Shown piece after piece: positions 54,044-64,000 of a stretch of DNA of 64,000 bases. This DNA comes from Octopus vulgaris (lineage: Eukaryota), in assembly GCA_951406725.2 (NCBI GenBank), contig OX597829.1, positions 49,104,001-49,168,000 of the forward strand. The letters run 5' to 3'. A program made the translations under genes and the position numbers. The stretch's first letter is position 1. Each line of letters opens with the position of its first letter. The notes beneath the pieces are model-generated. The model saw only the letters and a program-made list of their open reading frames with translations, had not been told where the DNA came from and ran no database searches.

Positions 54044-54125
54044 ATATATGCATATATATTTATATTATTATTTAATTGAACACCAAGTATCTATTTTCAA
54101 GTACGTACGTAGGTACGTACATACA

Positions 54126-54156
<31 letters not shown>

Positions 54157-55000
54157 GCACCATCAGATACTCCTGAATCAGTCATTAAGTATCCCACCCA
54201 TGAGGGATCAATGTTAGATGTCTCAAAAGAACTGTAGTGATTAATAAAAATCCTCATGTCTTCCATCTCTCATTTACCCTATATATATGTGTGTGTGTGT
54301 ATTCTTTTATTCTTTTACTTGTTTCAGTCATTTGACTGAAGCCATGCTGGAGCACTGCCTTCGGTTGAGCAAATCGACCTCAGGACTTATTTTTGTATAT
54401 ATGAATGCATGTATACAGACATACAAACACGTACACAAATAGATATGAATGAGTGTGTATATGTGTGAATTGCACGTGAACATACATGAGTTTGTGTGCA
54501 TGTGTATATGTTAAAGTATGTATATGTCTATATATATATATATATATATATATGTATACATATTCACAAATATATATAGTATATTTTGGATGAGAATACC
54601 AAATGGAAGTGACTTCCAGTATCCTGAAAGAAGTGCCAGTCCATTACAGTCACCCATTTCAAAAGTGAAATGAAGTGTTTTTCTTAAGAACATAATACAT
54701 TAATGCTCTGAGAATTGAACCATGATCTTGAAATCTTAAGTGAAACACCTCAACCACTAGGCCACAAATAGGTATAAACACATATGTGTGTGCCTGCTCA
54801 CATGTTCATGTAAGCATCATTTTTGCGTCTCACATGGAAGGACCTGCAGAAAAGTAAGAAAATATCTAGCAGTGTTGGATTTATACTCCTGATGAATCTC
54901 ACACCCAATAATCCTGTGCTCTCAAAGTAATGGAATAAATTTGTAACTAATTATACTTGGAAAATAGGTTAAATGTAAATGTCAAAATGCTATATTCATT

Positions 55001-55227
55001 TTTTTTATTGCCTACAGGGGGGCTAAATATAGTGGGGACAAACAAGGACAAAGGGATTAAGTCAATTACATTGACCCCAGTGTGGAATTGGAACTTATTT
55101 AATCAACCCCGAAGGGATGACAGGCAAAGTCAACCATGGCAGAATTTGAACTCAGAACATAAAGACAGATGAAATACCACTAAGCATTTTGCCCAGTGTG
55201 CTAACATTTCTGCCAGCTCACTGCCTT
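55001..55227 (-). mobile_element. SINE family 2, CpG-decayed intronic copy
   Basis: Homologous to the 36530-36762 copy, with most CpG changed to TpG/CpA. Other decayed copies at 44525-44730 (+) and 50902-51113 (-). Confidence 0.8.
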
Positions 55228-55859
55228 ATAATAAAAATACTATATTGGTTCAGATAAATACTCATCTAATCCATGCAGCATAGCGAAAATGGATGTAAAA
55301 CAAACAAAAAATATAGGCTGTGACTGGCATCTGATTTTAACCTTTCCCAACAAAAATATATTTAAAAAAAAAAATCCTCACAGAACTGGCTTTGTACCAC
55401 CACCACCACCACCACCACCACCACCACTACACCATCTCTAAACAAGGCGCAGGCATGGTTGTGTAGTAAGAAGTTTGCTGCCCAACCATAGCGTTCTGAG
55501 TTCAGTCCCGTTGTTTGGCACCTTGGGCAAGTGTCTTCTAACACAGCTTCAAGTCAACCAAAGCCTTTTGAGTTAATTCAGTAGATGGAATCCTGTTGTT
55601 TGTTTTGGTTAAAATTTATAAACAACCTTCAGTTAAATATCCATTAATGCTATTTCACCCGAAGAAATAAATCCATGAACCTGATCTATCCAATGTCCAT
55701 GGATACTATTGACTGTAATGTAATCACCTCAGGAATACGGTCTATGACCTTAAGAAACATGCTATTTGTGGAAATGTGCTTAGCAATGAATTAAAAGATT
55801 TATAAATTCCATCCAAGGATTATTATTGTTACTATTATATGTATATATTTATATATATG

Positions 55860-56662
55860 TTAGTTAGTTAGTTAGTTAATTTGGCTCAAAAGCAAATAGC
55901 AAGGCCATGTAGGGGGACATGGAGTTAAGTACAGGGTGGTGTTCATGTAAAGAGTTCAGGCCACTTGAGGTCCAGGGAGGCTTTGAACAAAGCGGTCGTT
56001 GGCATCTTCACATTCTCGTCTGGCAGCTTGTTCCACGGATCCGCAACCCGGACGGAGAAAGCTCCTCTCCTTCGATTGAGATGAAATCGTCGCAGGTAGA
56101 GCTTTTCGGAATGACCCCGCAGCCGACGCTCCGGAGCAGGAGTGAAGAACAGCTCTTTCGAGAGGTTACACTTCCCGCTTATGATGTTGTGGGCGAGAAT
56201 GAGATCACCACGGCGGCGGCATTTTTCAAGAGAACAAAGGTCGAGCGTCCTCAGCCTTTCTTCGTAGGACAAATTTTTGAGACCATGAACCATGCGGGTA
56301 GCCAGCTTCTGGACTCTTTCGAGGTGCTGTATGTCTTTGAGGAGATAAGGAGAAGAGGCTTGAATCCCATACTCCAATATGGGTCTCACCAGCGTGACAT
56401 AGAGTGGCAGGAATATGGCTGCTGTGAGCATTCCGAATGACCGTCGAATCAAAAACAGAATTCCGCGCGCTTTGTTGGCAGCATGGACGCACTGGGCCGA
56501 AGGCGAAAAGGAGGAATCCACCAAGATACCCAGGTCCTTTACCTGATCGGTCCTCTCCAGCAGCAGACGACCCGCTCGAGAGTTGCAGGAGTAGAGCCGA
56601 CAGGCAGATGACAGCACTTTGACACGTTCAGACACAGGTCCCAATCGTTAGACCACTTCCAA
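55860..56662 (-). mobile_element. 5'-truncated CR1-clade LINE (ORF2 C-terminus, (TAAC)n tail) in the PC2 intron
   Basis: KDLGILVD...YVTLVRPILEYG...LERVQKLATRMVHGLKNLSYEERLRTLDL.SLE..RRRGDLI...RGH...FSVRVADPWNKLP. Tandem (TTAG)n at 55860-55878. Confidence 0.9.
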
Positions 56663-56669
56663 TATGTGC

Positions 56670-56732
<63 letters not shown>

Positions 56733-57504
56733 AAATAACAAAGGTGACTAGACAATATAAAACCAAAAAGGTTTGTATATATATATATATATATTTGCAT
56801 GTGTGTGTATGTATGTGTGTGTCTTAGTTTGTACCCCCACCACCACTTGACAACTGGTGCTGGTGTGGTGTGCTTACAGCACTGTAACCTAGCAGTTCAG
56901 CAAAAGAGACTGAGAGAATAGATGCCATGGTTAGTAAAAAAATTTTTTTTAAATACTGGGGCCGATTCATTGAACTAAAATTTTCCCAAGGCCCCCAGGA
57001 AATAATAAAAGATAAAATATCACAATTCAAAGCTATAAAAATTACATCTTTATATCAGAGCATATCAACTTTCTATAAAACTATATTTGTTACAGAAACT
57101 ACTTTAAGCCAATGAGTGTTAAGCTACATCAGAAATATCAAGAAGTAGAAAATCTATAAATTATATACATTATAAGCTTTACTCAATGCCAAGCAGTTCC
57201 TTTAGAGATTTTCCTCAATATAACAAGAAGAAATTTTACAGAGTTTTATTTTTTTTAATGATAAACTGCTTGCTTGCCAGTCACATTAGAAAGCAACTGT
57301 CAACGATAAAATTTATATCATTATTACACTGATGACAGGTTTCATTATTTTTTTCTTTTTTTTATCTATCGCTACTGTCCTCTGGCATTACTCTTCATTG
57401 AAACCTTCCTCTATCATTAACATAATTCTTTGCAAAAACTGTTTGTTTTTTTTTAATCCAAGCAGCAGTAAATGAAAGGCTGTTAGATATAAACATCTAA
57501 AGAG

Positions 57505-57528
57505 TTATATATATATATAGTATATATG

Positions 57529-57560
<32 letters not shown>

Positions 57561-57705
57561 TGTATAATATATATATAGTATATATGTATAATATATATAT
57601 AGTATATATATATAATATATATGTATAATATATATATAGTATATATATATAATATATATAATATATATATAATATATATGTATAATATATATATAGTATA
57701 TATAT

Positions 57706-57759
<54 letters not shown>

Positions 57760-57772
57760 AATATATATATAG

Positions 57773-57835
<63 letters not shown>

Positions 57836-57939
57836 TTATATATACATATATATTATATATATATATATATATACATATTTATTATATATAATATATATTA
57901 TATATACATATATATTATATATATATATATATACATATT

Positions 57940-57978
<39 letters not shown>

Positions 57979-57990
57979 TATATTATATAT

Positions 57991-58023
<33 letters not shown>

Positions 58024-58030
58024 TATTATA
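57505..58030. repeat. AT-only minisatellite / low-complexity tract derived from (TA)n
   Basis: Seen directly. Confidence 0.9.
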
Positions 58031-58377
58031 ATGATTGTTTATTGATGTGGTTATCAAGAACGATACAACTAAACTACTTGAAATCTGTAACTCTACTTTA
58101 AATTCCGAAGTTGCTTTACTTCTAAATGACATTTTTTCTGTTTTTCTTCTTTTTCTCTTGTTATCTTTGGTTATTAACATGCACACATAATCATAGCTGT
58201 TGGCTACGTGGCTTAAAACACTTCTGAGCAACTATATAGGTCTTGGTTTGATTACTCTGAGTAAAAGGCCCCCTTCGATCATGAATGACCGTGGGATTGC
58301 ACTTGGAAAGTTAATCTCCGAGATGCAAGTCCAAGCAAGGTTGTTTATGGAAGACCATCAGTCACCCATTCATACCC

Positions 58378-58602
58378 GTTTCTTTATTACCCACAAGGGG
58401 CTAAACACAGAGGGGACAAACAAGGACAGACATAGGTATTAAGTCGATTATATCGACCCCAGTGCGTAACTGGTACTTAATTTATCGACCCCGAAAGGAT
58501 GAAAGGCAAAGTCGACCTCGGTGGAATTTGAACTCAGAACGCAGCGGCAGACGAAATACAGCTAGGCATTTCGCCCGGCGTGCTAACGATTCTGCCAGCT
58601 CG
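58378..58602 (-). mobile_element. Young SINE family 2 copy nested in a family 4 SINE
   Basis: TSD GTCACCCAT(T/G)CATACC. CpGs are intact. Confidence 0.8.
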
Positions 58603-58873
58603 TCACCCATGCATACCATCTTCCCTTCTTCTCCACACCACTGATGTTATCCAAGGGAAAGGCAAAGGTTAATATGGCTTGGCACCAGTGATGTTGCAAC
58701 TCATTCTCATTTCTACAGATGAGTGAACTGGAGCAATGTGAAATAAAGTGTCTTGCTCAAAAACACAACACAGCCTGGTCTGGGAATTGAACTCACTACC
58801 TCATGATTGCGAGCCCAACGCTCTAACCACTGAGCCATGCACCTTCCACTACATATGTTTGTATATTACTTAC

Positions 58874-59038
58874 GTTGTGTTCATCGGGGAAGTCAGAAAC
58901 ATCTCAACATGTCCACGGTATGAAGCCTTCAGGGTAATAACAGCTTGAACATGCTCCAGAAAGTTGATCTCACTGCCAGTTCCCTTGCAGGCATCAGTAT
59001 CAATGGTCAACTGAAGATGTTCTCCGGTACGGAACTCC
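58874..59038 (-). CDS. PCSK2: Penultimate coding exon of PC2-like convertase (P-domain N-terminal half)
   Basis: Translates to EFRTGEHLQLTIDTDACKGTGSEINFLEHVQAVITLKASYRGHVEMFLTSPMNT. Acceptor ttctatttccAG, donor GTAAGT at 58873. AC|A joins in frame to the 53038 exon (PMNTT-SMILSRRP). No upstream exons were found in the window. Confidence 0.92.
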
Positions 59039-59459
59039 CTGGAAATAGAAAGAAGTGTTTCCAGTGTTGTTAGGAATACACAAACCATTATAAACATATA
59101 TTATATATATATAAAATAATTATTTGAGGGAATATTAATCCTAACTTACAGGGAAAAAATTCAATTTAGAAATACTAAATCAAATTTCACATTTCACATT
59201 TCAAATTTATATGTATATAAAAAATTAGAAAAAAAACACCTTTTATCAATTCAAAATGAACAATACATATAATAGAAAATTACATATAATAGAAATATTA
59301 AAATTAAAATAACAATGAAATACCAATGATTAAGTAAATTGCAAAAAAATAATAAAAATATATATAATTGGTAGAAAAACAATATATTATATGTAATTTT
59401 CTAGATGGTGTAATTTAATTGTTCATTTTGAATTGATAAAAGGTGTTTTTTTCTAATTT

Positions 59460-59524
<65 letters not shown>

Positions 59525-59722
59525 GAGGGAATATTATTCCAAACTTACAGGGAAAAATTCAATTTAGAAATACTAAATCAAATTTCACAAAATATATATA
59601 TATAAATTAGAAAAAAAAACACCTTTTATCAATTATATAAGTAAGGATAAGATCGATATTTAAATACCGTTCTTATCAGGTGGCCAGCATGGGAATAAAA
59701 ACCTTCAAATGTAATAATTATT

Positions 59723-59936
59723 TAAAATTATAATTTAGGGTATCTAAGAGATACCACCACGCTGGAAATAGCAGTCAAAACTTGACTCTTAAACCACATT
59801 AAATGTTCATACAGCACCAGGAGAGAAGACAAAGAGACAAAATAAACTAGATCATTTAATGTGGTTTTAAGAGTCAAGTTTTGACTGCTATTTCCAGCGT
59901 GGTGGTATCTCTTAGATACCCTAAATTATAATTTTA
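59723..59936. repeat. Foldback element with ~80 bp near-perfect inverted arms
   Basis: AAAATTATAATTTAGGGTATCTAAGAG...CACATTAAATG pairs with CATTTAATGTGG...TAAATTATAATTTT. A second foldback lies at about 59214-59466. Confidence 0.8.
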
Positions 59937-60259
59937 TATACATTTATATATATGTATGTATGTGTGTGTATGCATGAATGTAAATATGTAAGAATATATA
60001 CACTATATAGGTACATATATGTATATTACACACAAGCACATGCATATAAACACAGACACACGTATATAAGCGTATGTAATTATAAACAGGAAGAATGAAG
60101 TGTGCAAGCTTTTTTCATACATCAATTTACAATTGTTTCATCTCAATTTGATCTCATCAACCTTGCTGCTCCAGGGTTATCGAAATAATTATTATTGTCT
60201 GTGTGTGTGTGTGTGTGCATGTAAGAACATATATGTCTATCTCTCTCTCCCTTTCTCCC

Positions 60260-60440
<181 letters not shown>

Positions 60441-61975
60441 CCAAAAACAAAAGGAAAATGTAGGAATTTTTATGGGAGAAAGTAAATTATAGATGCAAGC
60501 AAATTATCGACATTAACATCACACAACACTCAATGTCTATTATTAACCTATCATATTTGCCAATCATAATATTGATTTCAAAGTCAAAGGGTTATGCAAT
60601 ATCCCGAGGTTAGGTTTGTCTTTCATCCTCCTGGAGGTGGAGGGCAATAAAATAAAGTACCATTTATGTAGTGGAAGTGATTTATATTTCTTTAGTGCAT
60701 CCTAGATGCATAAAAGGAACCGTAATATTTAACATGATTACAAGAGTGTGTGTGTGTGTATGTGTGTGTAAATGAAAATGTGTTATTTTCATACGTTTTC
60801 ACAGGGATTGTTAATACATGTGTGTGTGCATGTATGACTGTGAATATATGAGAACATATGTGTATGTGTGTGTGTGTGTGTAAATATATATGCATATGTA
60901 TAAAGTTACAAATACATATATTCAAAATTGGAACTTGTAATTTCCATTATTCCTTGCTATGAATTATCATCAATTATTCTCATTTGAAACTGTTAATAGA
61001 CCTTACCCATAACTGTACAATTCATTTGATTATGGAACTACATAATGCATACCTGTCTTACCCTGATCTTTCCCTCAATTTTGACAAAGTAGAATATACC
61101 AATATCTTCGACTGGGGATATTTCTTCATTTTTACATCTCTCTGATAATGTAATACTCAGCTTATGGAATCATCATCATCATCGTTTAACGTCCGTTTTC
61201 CATGCTAGCATGGGTTGGATGGTTCGACCGGGGATCTGGGAAGCCAGAAGGCTGCACCAGGCTCCGGTCTTATCTGGCAATGTTTCTACAGCTGGATGCC
61301 CTTCCTAACGCCAACCACTCCGTGAGTGTAGTGGGTGCTTTTTACGTGCCACCTGCACAGGTGCCAGGCGAGGCTGGCAACGGCCACGGTCGGATTGGTG
61401 TATTTTATGTGCCACTGGCACGGAAGCCGGTCGAGGCGACGCTGGCATCGGCCACAAGTCGGATAGTGCTTTTTACGTACCACCAGACCAGGGATCCTGG
61501 CTGGTTCAATTCGATTTCGATTTCCTTACTCAATATGATGATCTACATGCTTGGCTATCCTAGAAACAGCTGTAAGAGATTCTGTATGTTTATATTCTCT
61601 AAATTAAATGTTTTTTTTTTTTTTTTTTTAAATGATGCCAAACGTTTTGCCTTGTCATCTTAATTTTAACCTATATCTGCCTGCTCAAGGAGAAACCACT
61701 TCTAGCCATTACTGATAGGCAGTTTCAGCATGAGACTTTCAGTTGCAGTTCAAACCAGAGTTTTAGTGGTAAACCAAACAGAACACTCACAATACGTACC
61801 CATTACATTACATCAATTGGCACAAACTCCTTGTGTATACTATATATATATATATATAAAAACCAATCTATATTCTCTTCCTCACATTTTCTCCTTCACA
61901 CACCATGCTTACCTCTCACTCCCCAATCCTGTCCTCACGGCCCTGTTTCTCTGCCTCACTGTTATCCAGTAACCC

Positions 61976-62024
<49 letters not shown>

Positions 62025-62032
<8 letters not shown>

Positions 62033-62260
62033 AAAAGGAAATGAAGAAAATGCTGACAAATAATTGAAGTAATTTAATTAGGTGAAAGTCTTTATTGCGC
62101 ATTTGTTATGCTTATTTTGATAAGCATAACAAATGCGCAACCGTAAAAAAGAACTTTCACCTAATTAAATTACTTAAATTACTTCAATTATTTGTCAGCA
62201 TTTTCTTCATTTCCTTTTTTATATATCACCACTCGTGTTCGACATCTCCTTTTTTTAAAT
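62025..62260 (+). mobile_element. Hairpin-plus-tail element in (TA)n with degenerate hammerhead-like core
   Basis: Palindrome 62025-62226. Core TTTT-GATAA-GCAT(AACAA)ATGC-GCAA-CCGTA-AAAA. The tail ACCACTCGTGTTCGACATCTCCTTTT resembles the 6612 tail. Confidence 0.6.
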
Positions 62261-63444
62261 ATATATATATACATATATATATATACCCAGGTTTTCACCA
62301 CTCACCCCCCCCCCCCACCATCTGCATTCTCTAACCACACTTCTTTGACAGTATCCTGCCACTTATATTATGACCATCAAACCTCAAGGGTATTCCTTGG
62401 CACTTGCCACCATCTATATCTCTCTCTGCCTTTACTTGACCATTCCATTTATATTCTGATCCCTGTCCATTGTGAGTATGCCCTGGCAGTCTGCCAACAT
62501 CTATACCCTGCTGTCTCTAAAGGTGCATGGCTTAGTCGATAGAGTGTCAAGCTTACGATCGTGAGGTTGTGAGTTTGAATCCCGGACCGGGCTGCGTGTT
62601 GTGTTCTTGAGCAAGACACTTTATTTCATATTGCTCCAGTTCACTCAACTGTAGAAATGAGTTGCGACATCACAGGTGCCAAGCTGTATCAGCCCCTTTG
62701 CCTTTCCCTTGGATAACACTGGTGGCGTGGAGAGGAGAGGATGGTATGCATGGGTGACTGCTGGGCTTCCATTAACAACCTTGCCCGGACTTGTGTCTAG
62801 GAGGGTAACTTCCTAGGTGCAATCCCATGGTCAGTCATAACCAAAGGGGGTCTCTGCAATACCCTGCTGTCTCCCACTCTCTCTCTCTCTCTCCTTCTGC
62901 TTCACTTTCCTCAGGATGAGTAACCATGTCTCTCCTTCACAGCAGTACACATGTTTCTGTCTTCATTCCTGATCTCTCCTCTCTCTCTCTCTCTCTCACT
63001 CTAGCTGGGTAACCTAGTACCTCCTCTACAGCAAGACATCTGTTTCTGTCTCCCTGTTTCACAATAGCCTTTCATCATCATCATCATCATCATCAGTTAA
63101 CATCCATTTTCCATGCTGGCATGTGTTGGACTGTTTGACTGAGAACTGGAAAGCTGGGAGTCTGCAACAGGCTCCAATCTGATTTGGCAAGGATGCCCTT
63201 CCTAATGCCAACCACTTTGAGAGTGTAGTGGGTGCTTTTACATGCCACTGGCACAAAAGCAAGACAGGTGGCACTGGCATTGGCTATGCTAGAATGGTAA
63301 TTATTACATGCCAGTCAGATGGCATTGGCCATGCTCAAATGGTGCATTTTATGTTCCACTGGCATGGGTGCCAGTCAAGTGGAACTGGCATCGGCCATGA
63401 CTACACTTCACTCAGTTGCATAAATACACATATATATATATTCT

Positions 63445-63818
63445 TTTATTCGTTTCAGCCATTTTACTGCAGCCATGCTGGAGCACTGCCTCTTGTCGAA
63501 CAAATTGACCCCAGGACTTATTTTTTTAAGCCTAGTATTTTTTCTATCAGTCTCTTTTGCCAAACTGCTAAGTTACAGGGATGTAAGCATGCTAACACCA
63601 GTTATCAAGCTGTGATGAGGGAAGAAACACAGACACAAAAGACACACACAGATTTTTACACAACAGGCTTCTTTCAGTTTCCATCTACCAAATCCTCTCA
63701 CAAGGCTTTGGTTGACCCAAAGCTATAGAAGAAGACACTTACCCAATGATCCAAACAACAGGACTGAACCCAGAACCATGTGGTTGGGAAGCAAATATCT
63801 TACCACACAGCCACACCT
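63445..63818 (-). mobile_element. SINE family 1, CpG-decayed intronic copy
   Basis: Homologous to 2942-3361, with CpG loss. Confidence 0.75.
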
Positions 63819-64000
63819 ATACAAATACACACACACATACATATGTACACATGTGTCTAAGTGCATCATCATCATCATCTTTCCATTCTGGCATGGGTTG
63901 GATCGTTTGTGTGAGCATCACTTGACAAACAATGCTCATGTGTTTACGTTTCTGTAACTTAGCGATTCAGCAAAAAAGACTAGGCTTACAAAGAATAGGT

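Noticed and set aside
54880-54945. Perfect CTGATGA hammerhead core
   Set aside because: There is no intact GAAA or convincing stem II/III downstream. At best it is a decayed remnant.
55919-56440. 173 aa plus-strand ORF
   Set aside because: It is the antisense shadow of the CR1 ORF2 fragment.

Overview
This is AT-rich, microsatellite-dense eukaryotic DNA. The SINE/LINE repertoire and repeat content suggest an octopus or other cephalopod (inference from recognition, not a database hit). The only host coding sequence I can support is the last two exons of a prohormone convertase 2-like gene (PCSK2, P domain) on the minus strand, at 58874-59038 and 52750-53038, with matching splice phases. The rest is a mosaic of mobile elements. 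Five things stand out. (1) Two diverged ~2.1-2.2 kb ORF1-only retroelements (RRM-like + CCHC knuckle, no RT) sit in tandem at the same site, AAGTAGCTT(G), inside the tRNA head of a common SINE, and share a structured 3' UTR. (2) One 3'-terminal signal is shared by these elements, two (GATA)n-embedded Tx1-like LINE fragments and a second SINE family, suggesting one Tx1-type retrotransposition network. (3) A set of hairpin-plus-tail elements in (TA)n carries minimal or variant hammerhead-ribozyme cores, sometimes on both strands, resembling Penelope pseudo-LTRs. (4) Seven non-autonomous Helitrons cluster within about 7 kb. (5) CpG decay in repeat copies rises at about 37 kb, suggesting a methylated transcription unit extending well past the PC2 stop codon. 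All alignments and folds were done by eye.
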